Positions 40,853 to 55,749 are shown, numbered from the stretch's first letter. The stretch is 64,000 nucleotides of DNA from Octopus vulgaris (GCA_951406725.2 OX597833.1:67270001-67334000); one strand, 5' to 3'. The notes: generated from the sequence alone by a model not told the origin. Made by a program: numbers and translations.

Positions 40853-41014
40853 CACGGGCTTCTTTCAGTTTCCCTCTACGAAATCCACTCACAATGTTTA
40901 GGTCAGCCCGAGGCTATAGTGGAAGACACTTACTCAAGGTGCCACGTAGTAGGTTTGAAGCCATAACCATATGGCTGGTAAGCAAGCTACTTACAACACA
41001 GCCACTCATTCGCC
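40853..41014 (-). mobile_element. Family A SINE, 5' half
   Basis: Match to the head and CORE region. Confidence 0.75.
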
Positions 41015-41210
41015 TATATATATATAGGAACTACGAATTCATTTTCGGCAGTATTATTTGTGACTCACGTGGGAGAAATTCTAGAGGGAGATATGAATTC
41101 ATTTGTCTATATAAATGTGGATATGCTGGCGGGCTTCTACATATCTGATGTCGCTTGTTCGGTATATGGTGGTAAGATTTCCTAGCATTTTCAGATTTAT
41201 TTATCGGAAT

Positions 41211-41268
41211 ATTATGTTGATGAAGGAAATTAATCTCTGATTTTAATCCAGAAACGTGCGTCCATAAT
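41211..41268 (+). ncRNA. Type I hammerhead ribozyme motif (C3U) inside a ~430-bp (TA)n-flanked block
   Basis: ATTATG-TTGATGA-AGGA..TCCA-GAAAC-GTGC-GTC-CATAAT. Perfect 6-bp stem I. Confidence 0.7.
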
Positions 41269-41452
41269 TGACCGGACGTTGTTTGATTTCGTTGTTTTTT
41301 CTTGTTTTTTTTTTTTTTGCCATAGTGTGTTACAAATACTGTTGTCTGTGGAGACATATTTTTGTAGTAAAAGAATTAACAGTCGTCTGGCTGCTATTTC
41401 TAATACTTTCGGTATGTGGTCTAGCAACCTTTTGCAAAGACCCTCATTGTTA

Positions 41453-41554
<102 letters not shown>

Positions 41555-42121
41555 GTGTGTGTGTGTGTGTGTTTGTGTGTGTGTGTATTACTGATGCCGA
41601 AAAAAAACCATCTTCCTTTATGGATACTTCTTTTACTTTCTCTTTACAAAAGTAAACTTTATTTGTTTTATCATCTGAAATCTCGAGGTTCCCGTGCTCC
41701 GATTTCTGTTAATAGAATTTCATTCCTTTTTGGAATCAAGTCTAATTTGAAGACACACAGACCATATTCCATGCAGGTTATTATTATATCTGAAGCCTCA
41801 CATCTATTTCTAAATTCGACAACAAAATAGCACATACAAGCACTCACCATTTTAATACCCTCTCGTCCGTCCTCCGACTGAAAATAACAAAAACAAATCG
41901 AAACGATAACATCCGCTCGACGTAAAGGATTATTTTCCACTTTATGTTACTTAATTATGCTAATTGCTCGACTAACTTAATAATTGGCCTGTTCATTAAA
42001 TTATAAATCTCTAACAGTTCATTTTGTTCCATTGTTTTCTCACTCTCTTTGTACTTTTCTTTTTCCCATTCTCTCTCTCCTCCTCTCCCTCTCCTCCTCT
42101 CTCTCCGCCCCTGTCTCTCTT

Positions 42122-42348
42122 TTAATTTGCTCCGTTTTGTTCTCCAGATATAATCTGGGACGTATTCATCTTTCATGCGATATATTAAACTAATTAGTTT
42201 TGTTAAAGCTTAATTTTAATTGAAGAATCCGTTCTTCATTAAATTATATTACTTTACTGTTATCGGTTTTTCAATCGATTAAAATATTTTTTTATTTTTT
42301 TGCGATCTATCTGACTTCTTTCTTAATAGTATTCTAATCCTTAGTATT
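42122..42348. repeat. ~230-bp dispersed repeat, direct copy at 44494-44717
   Basis: Colinear blocks CTCCGTTTTGTT..GGGACG.ATTCATCTTT..CTAATTAGTTTT..AAGCTTAATTTTAAT..CTATCTGACTTC. Confidence 0.8.
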
Positions 42349-42999
42349 AAATTTGTATAGAAGAACTCCCTTTAGTTGTTGTTGTTGTTGTTGTTGTAGC
42401 ATTGATCCAACTCAAATTTGATAGAAGAGAAACACGAACAAAGACCATCCCATATTACCCATCCGCGCATTTTGTATACCAATCATTATATTCTAAAATT
42501 ATTCTTTCCTTTTAAGACAGTACAAACGGAATCGTGAAATTGGCTCTGTTTCTAGTGGACCGTACAATTCATTATTTTTAGTAATTTTATTGTTGCTGTT
42601 GTATAATAAAATGTATCATCTGGTGTATTAAGGTATTAAGCATATCATCGGTGACCTTCCAATTGTGACCATCCAATCGACTTTCTCTTGGACATCACTG
42701 TTTAATGCGTCCTTCCTAACGTAGTTAGAGAGATGATAATTCTTTCTACAGGCGTGCGATGGAAATCGTCTTACAGAATTCTTTCGATGAGAATTGTTCT
42801 CCTTTTTAGAGCTGATGTACCATTTACTTTTCAGCTGCCAAAAAGTCTTAAAATGTTCGCTTTTCCTTGAAGGACGATGTGATTTAGAAGACATAAATAG
42901 ATCTAAACAGCTGAATTCTTCGGGGTATCGAAAAGTAATGTCGAATTTCATGTAATGCGTTCAAAGTAGCCTAAAGAATTTCGTAAATACATTTATACT

Positions 43000-43260
43000 T
43001 TCAAAGTTAATAACAATCCTTTTGATTCTCAAAATATGTTTTCGGATTCTACAGACACAAAAGCAGGTGGTTTAAGAGGAAAATGTTTGGAAGGCGGTTT
43101 CGAAATCGTCTCTGCTTCTGAATAATTTTGACCAGGAAAAGGCATCAAGGGTCCTGAAGATGTGAAAATCTGATGCAGCAACGCCTGGTGAGTAGCAACG
43201 ATGAAGTAACGTTTCTTAGCTTAAAGAATTTATCTTTGCATTACTTTTGCTGAACTTGGC
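43000..43260 (-). pseudogene. Decayed mariner transposase C-terminal fragment
   Basis: ETLLHRCYSPGVAASDFHIFRTLDAFSWSKLFRSRDDFETAFQTF. Confidence 0.7.
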
Positions 43261-43445
43261 CTTTATTCTTCAGGGGACACCCAACGTAAGGTACCCCATC
43301 TCTGTACACTTTCTAAATCTACATCAGATGATCTTGCATGGTGAATCAACGTTTATTAGTTCTCCAGGTTACGTCCCCGATATTTTGATGCAGATCTTCT
43401 TATGGTATGAGATCACACTATATACTTGCAATATAATAATATAAT

Positions 43446-43676
43446 GGCGGTGAGCTGGCAGAAACGTTAGCACGCCTGGCGAAATGAGTAGCCGTATTTC
43501 GTCTGCCGTTACGTTCTGAGTTCAAATTCCGCCGAGGTCGACTTTGCCTTTCATCCTTTCGGGGTCGATAAATTAAGTACCAGTTACGCACTGGGATCGA
43601 TGTAATCGACGTAATCCATTTCTCTGTCCTTGTTTGTCCCCTCTGTGTTTAGCCCCTTGTGGGTAGAAAAGAAATA
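43446..43676 (+). mobile_element. Family B SINE, full-length monomer with TSD
   Basis: GGCGGTGAGCTGGCAGAAACG head, GAGTTCAAATTCC B box, Meta-like domain, tail GAAATA. TATATACTTGCAA repeated at 43419-43431 and 43677-43689. Confidence 0.9.
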
Positions 43677-44037
43677 TATATACTTGCAAATATGACCTTA
43701 ATTTTCGGTACATTTAATATTAACAAAATATGCAGCACAAATCATATTTTCTATGAGGGTATTATCACTGCATATACTATGTTACTGTAAAATTTAACTG
43801 AAATCTTTTGGGCAGTGCTTGCGTTTCAGTGAAGCACACATACAGATAGACAGCCACACATTCTCAGATTTATATAGGGAGAGATGTAGTCGCAAAAGTA
43901 AGGACAAACAAGTTAGAGAAGTTGATATACAAAATATATTTAATACATTTGCTGCAAAAATGTAATTGTGTATACATATAAAAAGAAGTTCGACTTACAC
44001 AGGATGTAAGTGACGGGAGGTGAGTAGGAGATTTACG

Positions 44038-44104
44038 AGCGTAACAGCTGTTTCTGGGGTTTTGGTGCTTGTCCGCTTGTAACTTGATTCTATCATCGGA
44101 TACC
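44038..44104 (-). ncRNA. Degenerate hammerhead-like motif
   Basis: Minus strand GTAT-CCGATGA-TAG..CCCA-GAAAC-AGCT-GTT-ACGC. Stems are partly broken. Confidence 0.35.
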
Positions 44105-44741
44105 AACAGAATGAGGCTGGTGATACTTTACATTTGAGTTGTTGACAGAATGGGGATTAAAGTTTGTTAATCTCCATTCTGTCAACGCCGCAGTTACTTA
44201 ACGGTTTGTCAAAAGAGATCGATAGAATATAATTACCAGGCGTGAAAAGATAGTAAGTACTGAAGTTGATTCATTCAACTAAAAATTTTTCGAGGTGGTG
44301 CCCCAGCATGGCCGCAGTATAACGACTGGAACATTGATAGAAGACCAACGATGAAGATAAAGACACACACACACACACACACAATCACACAGAAGTTTTC
44401 TATACAGTCTTGTTTATTTCTCTCTCTCTCTTTCTCTTTCTTTGTCTGTCCGTTTGTCGCTCTTTCTTTTTTCTTTCTTTCTTTCAATCTAATCTAATTT
44501 ACTCCGTTTTGTTTTGTAAATATAATCCGGGACGAATTCATCTTTGATGTGAGGTATTAGTCTAATTAGTTTTATGAAGCTTAATTTTAATGAAACTTTT
44601 CCATCTCCATTAATGTATAATACTTAACTCTTATCGGTGCTACGATCGATCACATTTTTCTCTGCTTGAAAACTATCTGACTTCCTTCTTAAAATAGTAA
44701 CTGAAACCTTGGTATTACTCTATATCAGATCATCACATAAG

Positions 44742-45150
44742 TTACTCTTTTACTCTTTTACTCTTTTACTTGTTTCAGTCATTTGACTGCGGCCATGCTG
44801 GAGCACCGTCTTCGATCGAGCAAATTGACCCCAAGACTTATTCTTTTGTAAGCCCAGTACTTATTCTATCGGTCTCTTTTGTCGAACCGCTAAGTGACGG
44901 GGACGTAAACACACCAGCATCGGTTGTCAAGCAATGCTAGGGGGACAAACACAGACACACAAACATACACGCACACACACACACATATATACGACGGGCT
45001 TCTTTCAGTTTCCGTCTACCAAATCCACTCACAAGGCTTTGGTCGGCCCGAGGCTATAGTAGTAGACACTTGCTCAAGGTGCCACGCAGTGGGACTGAAC
45101 ACTGAACCATGTGGTTGGTAAACAAGCTACTTACCACATAGCCACTCCTG
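44742..45150 (-). mobile_element. Family A SINE
   Basis: Tail (TTTTACTC)n through head GCCACTCCTG. Confidence 0.9.
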
Positions 45151-45571
45151 TCCGATTTTACCATTTTTAAACATTGAATGAAATGGAATTAAACATTATT
45201 TTTATGCATTTGTGTCCATTTAAACTAATTAACTATTATTTTACAGAATAATAGGATTGAAATTTCTTTGATTAAAACCCTTTCTAATCCTTTCTGCCGA
45301 ACAACCACACTGATAATTTGCGTTAAGGGATCAAATGTTTGTGTAGCTATAAGCTCACTCCGTCTATCGGATCGATATTACCTGTACAGGTGCAGCAGGT
45401 GCCACATGTCAAATGTCGAAATTATTGCAGATCAACGTGAAACTCAACGTGAAACTCAACGCAATGCCCGGTGTGGCAATCGAACCCACGAATCTCCCAA
45501 TCGTAGTTGCAACATCTTAACCACTAAGCCATACATACATACATACATACATACATACATACATACATACA

Positions 45572-45632
<61 letters not shown>

Positions 45633-45957
45633 GGATGGATCCTGATTCAGCCAGCTCACTGCTGTGTGTATGCGTAGCAATAATATCGTGCTATCCTGAA
45701 GAGGTGAATAGCTGGCGGAAACGTTTGCACGCCGGCCAAAATGCTTAGCAGCATTTCGTCCGCCTTTATATTGTGTTCAAATTTCGCCGAGGATAACTGT
45801 GCCGTTTCATCATTCCAGGGTCAATAAAATAAGTACTAGTCGATCACAGTGTTGATGAAATCGAATTATCCCGCCTCCCAGACTGACCTTGTACCAAAAT
45901 TTGAAAGCAATATTTTCCAGCGTGCGTAACACTACTCTGTTATGGCACTCCATGTAA

Positions 45958-46318
45958 TCTCTCTCTCTATATAAAGCTTTCAACAAACACTATCTCCTCC
46001 GAGACCCTGCGGTGCAAGTTAACCAAAATTGAGAGTATGATAGAAGAAGGTTTGCTCTTCCTTCCGTAGAAGAAAAGATTCAAATCGGACCATGTTAACA
46101 CCAAAAATTATTTACATCAAAAAGATGTTTTTTTTATGAAAATACCCATTTTCTACGATTTTTTGACTGTTGTGTCGCGATTTGTCGGTGTATTTTAATC
46201 AGAAAAATGTCCACTTAAAGAGAATAACAAGGTACAAAATGCAAAATTTTTACTTTTCAAAAATACCAATTCTAAACGGTCGAAAACAAACCCGAGCAAC
46301 GCCGGGCGATACTGCTGG
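45958..46318 (+). mobile_element. Non-autonomous Helitron
   Basis: Starts A|TC(TCTC..TATATAAAGC). Ends with hairpin CCCGAGCAACGCCGGG, 8 nt, then CTGG|T (CTRR). No TSD. Confidence 0.75.
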
Positions 46319-46854
46319 TTGTTAAATACACGTCAGTATCTAACTTTAGAGATGTATGAGGGGCTTAATTTTGATCGCTGTTGAAGTATATTGTCTGCAC
46401 CCAATGGCAGTCAAGGCATTATATAACAGCAATTACACCATAGGAAACTCTCACATCTGTCTACAAAGATTCATTTATGTTTGATACAGTCCATATCATT
46501 AGTTCTCATCTACTAATATAATTTCAGATTGCTGTCAGTGTTTCTTATGACAATCTACAGAACTTATTATATTATAAACTCGACGTAAGCAGTAGCGTAT
46601 CTAATCAACAATGATATCTTCATTTCAATAGAAGTCGTTCAAATGAACTGTGAAGGTGTCTTGGTCAGAGAAAATTGCTTCCATTGTTATATAACACCGC
46701 TGTGCAGTCATTTCTATGTTTGTGTCTATTAAATTTAGATAAATTAATTGATCCACAAAGGCGAACTCAAGCAGGCAGCTTTGCTTAACTTACACAACGA
46801 ATAAATGATCCAAAAACGATATTTATATATGTGTATTTATATATATATATGTAC

Positions 46855-46898
<44 letters not shown>

Positions 46899-47063
46899 CT
46901 ACATACATTCACGAATACACATACACATATATATATACACATATATGCACGTATATATATATGTGCATATTTATATATAAATATATATGTATATATATAT
47001 ATATATATTCGTACATACATACACACACATATATATATATATACATATGTGTATATATATATA

Positions 47064-47108
<45 letters not shown>

Positions 47109-47302
47109 CTACATACATACACAAATACACACACACACATATATATATACACATATATGCACGTATATATATATGTGTGCATATTTATATATAAATATAT
47201 ATGTATATATAAATATATATGTATATATATATATATATATTCTTACATACATACACACACACACATATATATATATATATTCTTACATACATACACACAC
47301 AC

Positions 47303-47352
<50 letters not shown>

Positions 47353-49627
47353 GAATGTATATATATATGTATATATATATATTCATACATACACACACAC
47401 ACATATATATATGTATGTATGCATGTATATATAGTAACAACAATATTTACATTAAAGTTTTCAGTTTTCAACCTCGACAATTGGTGCGAAAATAATTCTT
47501 TAAATATGAATTCATCAAACGTAAGCAGTATGGTGTGTCTGGCTGCTTTCTATAATTTCATTAAAAATCTTCAATACATTTATCGACCTCCTTTCGTCTC
47601 GTCAATGGTTCTTCAAAGTATATTAACGGCGCTACTGATCTGTGCGGTGTTCAATAGAGAATCGAAATCAAACTTCGTAGCTGGAATTATTAGAATCTAA
47701 ATCTGTTTTATTCTGGTCGTTCTTACAACAACTACATTGTTTAATTATTGAACTATAGCTGTGGTTATGGGCTAAGGTGATGCGGCTTTCTCATCGGTGT
47801 TATTGGCTAATGTCTTACAAGCTTCTATTTCGAGAAAATCAAAGCTGTGCCGCATCGGGGTTCAGCAATGGTACTGTTTTGTATTATAGAATAACGTTGC
47901 ATTTCTTGAGAGCAAGAAATGAACACACGAATGGGTGTAACCCTCTACTGTATATTCCTTATATATTCGGAACTATCTCTTTTAATACACTCGTCCTTAG
48001 AAATCGTCCAAGATATTGATCAACATCGTTTACTAGTTCGGCTTCAACACCATCCACATGCATAGTTGTTGCTGCATGGTGGCTTGCTTCTGCAAGAACA
48101 TCCAGCTTAGAAAAGTGGATATTGCTTTGTGGACAACAGGAGTTTATACAACATTGTTGCAGACATGGCTGCGCGGTTAAGAAGTCCGCTTTCCAATCAC
48201 TTGTTTAGAGGGTTTAGTTCTACTGCACGACATTTTTTCAGAGCAACAATTATTCTAGGGAAAACTAAAATAATATTTATGCCCACGCGAGGGCAACCGT
48301 ATTCTGAACCAAACATTTTGTGAATAGAACAAGGTTAAACGTCATTTGGTCTACCTACGAAGTACAGTGTTAGCGATCCGTCAAATACTGAATACTATTA
48401 TGTGGTTTTTAGGGGTGTATTTAACTCCCCAAATCACTTAAACATCCCTGTTGTTCATCTAAACATATTTTCTATTATAAATATACTAATAAAACGTTTA
48501 TGAAAGGAAAATTTGGTTTCGTTGATGAAAACTCATTAGGGCGAAGCATGCTCTGAGTTGTCCCTGTATTTCCTTTCGAATCACCACAGGAGACCTTTCA
48601 TTTTGTTTTTGTGTTTATTTATTGCGTTTTCTTATTTGTCTCCCAGGCTTTTCTCAAGATGAATAAATTATGAAATTTAATGATATTCCTCCTCATTATA
48701 GATGTAAATTGATTTAAAATATTATATATTTCGCTCACATATCAAGTATGCATGGCCCCTACTTAAGAGAATTAAAAGACTTGTCAAGTTCCCAGGGAAC
48801 CAACCTGCATGAAGTAACGCACCATTAAGCACTGGTTGAACGAATGCCTCGCTGAGCCAATATGAGAAGCGAGAACGGAACGAATGTTCTCGATTCAATT
48901 GTAAGTAGATTGAATAGATACGTAACGAGAAATGAATGAATTAATGAATGAACCTATTGAATTAATTAAGAGTATCATTAAGATTTAGAAGCTGAGATCC
49001 CTACGAAATTCGTCGTATAAACAGAGGGAGATTGTCAATACAATTCATATTTATTCAGATGGATATTGTCACAACCTTTTGTGATTTTAAAGACAATGGC
49101 AGAAGAACGAAAGAGATTTTCGTCGTATTTGCAAATAGATTGTTAATAACTATAGGAAATTTCAATACATTATTATTAAATTATATTATTTATTATAACT
49201 ATAAATAAATTTATCTATATGATGGGAAGCATTATTTTGAAAATTATTCACAACGTATTCTTAGCAATTTTTGTTTTTATGAGAATCTCTTTATTACATT
49301 TCCATAAAATTTACATTTTAGATTCGCATAATCATCTCGTAAAAAGGTATGTTATAGAATTCGAAATATAACTTCATTTATCGGTTCCAAGAATCTCTCT
49401 AATTATTCCTGAAACGACAGAAATGTTTCAGTTCCTTATAGGGTTACAAAGACTACATAATTTGGTTCATTCTTCAGTTTTAATGTAATTTCCAAGTATT
49501 ATTTATAAATTTCTAACCTACATTAACCTCTAAATGATTTGTAACGCCCTGTGTGTAATAAAACGTATGTGTAATATATATGTATATATGTGAGTATGTG
49601 TTTTGTGTGTGTGCGTGTATAATTGTA

Positions 49628-49672
<45 letters not shown>

Positions 49673-49675
<3 letters not shown>

Positions 49676-49958
49676 CAGAAATATTAAATTTCTAAATATC
49701 TCATAGAGATATGTAAGGTGGTGGGGCGAGAGAAGTCGAGACGGATATCTTCTGCTACTCTAGACCGATGATGGGCAAAGACCCTGAAACATGCGTGTCT
49801 CTAGATGCAGGCCTAGCTGTTGGGGGTATTTGTCTCCCCTTCGTAAATATATAAGGACACAGGAAATGTGTCGAAGCCGACAGGAAGCGTCGATGCTTCC
49901 CAGGGCTAAACAGCGGTGGTGTAATCCCCTACTGTCACGTTAAGTTGACAGTATAAAA

Positions 49959-49960
<2 letters not shown>
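49673..49960 (+). mobile_element. Microsatellite-flanked Penelope-like pLTR fragment with an HHR and a second structured motif
   Basis: HHR at 49759-49805: TCTAGA-CCGATGA-TGGG/CCCT-GAAAC-ATGCGT-GTC-TCTAGA. Downstream hairpins at 49855-49953. Diverged homolog at ~54034-54200 on the minus strand. Confidence 0.65.
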
Positions 49961-50048
<88 letters not shown>

Positions 50049-50140
50049 TATTGGAAGGTTTGGAGATGATGTACAGGTATTTTATATTCGAAGAAATGAG
50101 GTACTCAGAAAATCGGATCAAACTCACAAGACCATCTTCG

Positions 50141-50176
<36 letters not shown>

Positions 50177-50476
50177 ATTCTTACTTATGCACACACGCTA
50201 GTGCACCTCCTCTTGTTGGGACCATTATGAATCATCTCCCCTTTATTCAATCTCCCTTTATTATTATCTCCCTTCCATTCAACCTCTTTTTTCCAATCTT
50301 TCGGCATTTTGTAACACTGAACACAATACGTTTTTTTTTAATTTTCTCCCTATTTCTTTCCTCTTATTCCTTTCTGTCGAAGTGCTTATAATGATGTGTG
50401 TGTATGTGTGCGTGTGTGTATCTCTTAGTCTGTCTGTCTCTCTCTGTCTCTGTGTCCCTCTCTGTCACTATCTCTT

Positions 50477-50586
<110 letters not shown>

Positions 50587-51870
50587 GGAAAGACAAGAAG
50601 AAGAAAATGGAGGATAAATGGATATAATTACCCTTGTAATTAAAGAGTAATTATTTTATCGAACCCTAAATGAAGTACCAGTTACGCACTAGACTTAATC
50701 AATTCCCCTAAGAAATTTCGCTAAGTATTTACTTTGATTGTGCCAGCTCACCGCCTATTGCCATTTAAGTTATCCGTTTTAAGTATTGGTCCAGAGCTTT
50801 TGAGGGGAGCAGAAGTTGATTACAGTGATCCTAGTATTTGATTAGTACTTATTTTTACAACCCCGAAAGAATGAAAGGCAAAGCCGACCTCGGTAGAATT
50901 TGAACCCAGGAAGTAATGCTAGACGAAATGTCGTTTAGCATTTTGCTAGTTTCTGCCGGGTCATCACCTACAACGCAATAAGATAGGATAAAAGATAAAT
51001 TTCCTCATGGATCCACATGTGTGGGCCACAACGTATATGTCTCACCAACTGAAAATTATTATAACACAAGACGTAATTGAACGATAATTCCTGGACAAAT
51101 TCTTCCTGGAGATCTGCTGTAAACTTTAACGAGTCACCAGTCGGATCAGAATAAACAACAGCAATTTAGTAAACAAAAGCAATTTATAGTTGTCAAAGCG
51201 TTTTCAATGTGAAATTACGCCAGATATCGATTAGTATTTCCCCTTTTCAGGCTCATTCCTTATCTCTGTAAAAACACGATGTTCACACAACGAAATTAAC
51301 AAAGATATACTTTATATAATTATCGGTTGACCAAGAAGCATGATAATTAGCATTTTGTAGAACACTGCATTTGGTCCAGTCATTTTTGTTGATAACCCTT
51401 TGTCCTGGAATTGGATTTCCTTAGAATTATTTAACAATTTAGCAAAAGGAAGAAAATGAAATTAAAAAAAGAAAACGATAATAAAAACAAACCAAATTAC
51501 GACAGTAATTAATTAAAGGAAAATCTGGGAGTAAAACGAAGATACGAAGTTTTAAGCTCTATTTATACTCTATCTCTGTTGATATTTTCTATATTGCCAC
51601 AGACACGCACATACACACACAAAGACACAGACTCAAACATACAAAGGCCCACACACACACACACAAACAGTCCTACGCACAAACAAATCGATGAAAACGT
51701 ATTCCGTCCATTGAAATCTAAATATAATTCAATATGTAGGGTAACTTAAATGCGAGACTCAATTAGTTTCGTGCTGGGAAAGTACAATATGCTAATAAAT
51801 CCATATATCATGTCTTGTGCATCGAAACAGCCTTTCCGGTTCAAATACACGAGATGTTTGGTCTTGTAAA

Positions 51871-52087
51871 GGCGGCGAGCTGGCAGAAACGTTTGCAGGC
51901 CGGGCGATATGCTTTGTGGTATTTCGTTCGCTGCTGCGTTCTGAGTTCAAATTCCGCCGAGGTCGACTTTGCCTTTCATCCTTGCGGGATCGATTAAATA
52001 AGTACCAGTTACGCACTGGGGTCGATGTAATCGACTTAATCCGTTTGTCTGTCCTTGTTTGTCCCCTCTGTGTTTAGCCTCTTGTCG
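51871..52087 (+). mobile_element. Family B SINE monomer
   Basis: Matches the copy at 43446. Confidence 0.88.
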
Positions 52088-52119
52088 GACTATGTCGCTG
52101 AAACGCTGTTAGGGGTTAA

Positions 52120-52352
52120 AATACACCAACACCGGTTAACAGGCGGCGGCGTGGGACAAACAAACACACTCACACACATGCACGCACACATAGAAATGGT
52201 TTCTTTCGGTTTCCGTCTACCACACCCACCCACAAGGCCTTGGGTGGCTCGATGCAATAGTAGGAGATTCTAACTGGCGGTACTACGTACTGGAACTGAA
52301 CCTGGATCCATGTGGCTGAGAAATAAATAAACTTCTTACCACAGCGCCATGA
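52120..52352 (-). mobile_element. Degenerate family A SINE
   Basis: TTTCCGTCTACC..CACAAGGCCTTGG..ACTGAACCTGG..CTTACCACA. Confidence 0.6.
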
Positions 52353-52384
52353 CTGTGACTTGAGACGTTTCATAGTAACTCTAT

Positions 52385-52640
52385 TAGATGTAGATCGAGT
52401 GCTTCACTTACAACGGTGAAACAACTATGTCGATTCCTGGACCGGCTGGAAAGACCATTATTTCTTTGACTAAAACATCTCATTTTATGTTCATGCAATC
52501 AACCCAACTGTAAAGGAGTAACACTGTGATTGACTAGCGTTCTCTCCAGGGGTAATGATGTGATTTCAGTCTCTTAGACGGCATGGAGATCGACCGGGTA
52601 ACCGGCCTTATGAAACCGAAAACCTGAGACGGTACTTGAG
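52385..52640 (+). mobile_element. Old SINE with a V-domain-like central block
   Basis: TCGATTCC B-box remnant. TCAACCCAACTGTAAA..CTGTGATTGACTAGCGTTCTCTCCAGGGG. Confidence 0.4.
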
Positions 52641-53216
52641 GTTTTTGTACACAACCCGATCATGAGCTGGAGCTTAATAATGGCAAATATATTAACGTAC
52701 ACACAATTGCACGCTCACACACGCACCAACGCACCCACGACAGAACACACACACACACAAACACATACCTAACAAAAGATATAGTTTTACAATAAATGAG
52801 AAAAATGTAAATTTCTGTTTTATCTAATTAAGGTGCGTTCGAATTATAACTGACATCAGCTTCGTTAAAATAATGGCATTTTTTTTAAAACAAAGATTAC
52901 TGTTTAAACTCGACACCAATTAATTCGAAAACGAAGACATACCGAGCTACAGGGCTGCATAGGGAAATATCATAGAAAATGGAAAATTATTTAAAAAATA
53001 TACGGTAGTATTCGAAGCAAATTACGAAGTATGAAACGTAAATATTGAAAATTATATAGGTAATTAGAAAAAAAAGGTTATTTAATTACGCATTCATAAC
53101 TATATGGGTACATCATTAATAATACAATCGTACATTCACGTATGCAACCGCACCAATGGGAGGACAATGAGACACATTGAATTATTATATGAGTGTAAAT
53201 ACATCTATTCAAACGA

Positions 53217-53258
<42 letters not shown>

Positions 53259-53277
53259 GTATATATATATACATACG

Positions 53278-53321
<44 letters not shown>

Positions 53322-53339
53322 TATATATATATACATACG

Positions 53340-53377
<38 letters not shown>

Positions 53378-53542
53378 TAATAATAATATTAGGGAGTAAA
53401 TCCAAACTTACAGGGAAAAATTAGATTTAGGATTAAATCTAATTTTATAGTATAAATATATATTTCATTTGCCAATAGTGGCTTTATCTCTAATTTAATA
53501 TATATATATATATATGTACACACATATACATACAAATGCGTG

Positions 53543-53579
<37 letters not shown>

Positions 53580-53627
53580 TTGTGTGTGTTTGTGTGTGTG
53601 CGTGTTTGTGCGTGTTTGTGTGCGTGC

Positions 53628-53914
53628 GTGAGGCACGTGATTTAGTGATTGGAATATGCGGATAAAAATCGTAAGGTTGTGAGTTCAATTCCAAGCAACA
53701 CGTCGTGTCCTTGAGCAAGACACTTTATTTCCACATTGCTCAAGTCCACTCAGCTCGCAAAATGACTAGCACCTGTATTTCAAACGGTCGGCCTTGTCAC
53801 ACTCTGTGTCACGCTGAATCTCCCTGATAACTTCCTTAACGGTACGTGTGCCCATGGATTGCTCAACCACCTGCTCCTTAACTTTACTAGCAGGCTGTTC
53901 CGTTGATATCAGCT
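53628..53914 (+). mobile_element. Family C SINE, diverged
   Basis: GAGTTCAATTCC, TGTCCTTGAGCAAGACACTTTATTTC, ACCTGTATTTCAAA, GCAGGCTGTTCCGTTGAT. Confidence 0.85.
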
Positions 53915-53934
53915 CATCCTTTTTAATATATATG

Positions 53935-53967
<33 letters not shown>

Positions 53968-54405
53968 CAGTATTAGTACTTCTAAATCTCTGTAAAGGAG
54001 AGACTCGCCAACAGTACTGGGTATTAATACTTATCACCAAACTGACGTGGCAGTCCGGAGAAATAGGACGAATACTGCTGTTGATTAGCTCCGAGAAGAC
54101 ATCGCCTCTAACTAGCTATGTGACACACAAATCTGCTTCCATAACACATTCGAGCAGGGGAGGTCATCAACATTTCACTTCCACTAGATATATCCTGTTC
54201 CAAGACTTCAAGAATTTATTTAATTTACATACCGTTCTATACTTCTTATTTATTTGGTTTCTGATTTTTTCTTTCCTCTACATCTTCTCTTTCTACAGGC
54301 TACCTTTGACCTTATATCCTCTAACGTTTCTTTTTTAAAACTTAATAGCGTTCCGTTCAGCACTTTACATGTCCATCATATGTGTATGCCTGAATCTATG
54401 TGTGT

Positions 54406-54447
<42 letters not shown>

Positions 54448-54727
54448 AGAGTTTACGAAAACAACAAAAGACGAAGACAGGTTGTCTACAAAACACTATA
54501 TATATATATACATATGTATGTTTGTAAGTGTATGCTCTCTATAACTAAAAACGAGACAGAGGGAGGGATTAAGAGAGCGAGAGAGAGAGAGAGAGATTAT
54601 TTGATGACAATAGTTTGAGAGTGAGAGTGAGAGAGAGCGATTGAGAGATTTGTTGTGAGTAGCTGATAGTTAGAGACTGTAATTTATAGAGATGGTGTCA
54701 GTGAGCAAGCGAGTGAGAGAGACAGAA

Positions 54728-54808
<81 letters not shown>

Positions 54809-55749
54809 GAGAAAGAGATATATCTACTGAGTGAACGCTAGTGAGAGAGAGAGAGCTAGCGAGATAGAAATGGAGAGAGAGAAAGTGTGAGAATAATTTA
54901 TAAAAATTATGAGAGACAAAGAAAAAGAGAAGGGAGAGAGAGAGAGAAAGAGAGAGAATGAGAGAGAGAGAGAGAGATAAACCGACGGACAGACAAATAG
55001 ACAGACAGACAGACAGAATTCTTGTCTGTGAGTAATTTTGCAAGAATGCTATTAAGGAAAACAATCAACTTAATTATCAACAATATTTATGTAATTTCTC
55101 GTTTACAAATGTCACTCTCTGACCTAAATTGCTAAATTACCATTGCCTTAATCAATGGAACTCTCCAGATCTACTTGGCGATATGAAATATCAAGACACG
55201 TCTACAGATATACAACGAAAGCACATTTTCTTACAGACAGCACACCCGCAAAACGAGAAAGATGGAGAGTAGAGAGAAACCTACAAATCAAGTCTGCATC
55301 TGCACAGAAATATTTCATTTTTGTATGCGGTTTCTATGTGGTTTATGTGAATTCGTGAGTTGAAGAATATTTTCTTGAGTCTGGGGAGAGTCATATTGTC
55401 TTCATGCCTTATTATTTAACACACACACACACACACACCGGTTCGATTTCCACTCTTTTATTATTTATAATTTATTTTCTTCCAAAATGTTCGTTGCTTT
55501 TGCAATCTTGTCGATGGTTGTTGACTCTGTCCGTTATTGGAGCTACGCACCGTTTGTGTGTTTGTGCACATGTGTGTGCGCCAGCGGGCATATGGGCTTG
55601 TGTATGCATATAAATACATGCGCACACGCAGAGACTCACGTGTATGCACACATATCCTTACACATCATGCAATACACAGATATACAACACTTTGGAAGTA
55701 CGTATTTAGAGATATACATGCACACATAGACATATCAATACACACATAC

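Noticed and set aside
47480-48130. Possible exon or LINE RT-upstream fragment ([20 protein letters not shown] on minus)
   Set aside because: Too many stops and too little similarity to call by eye.
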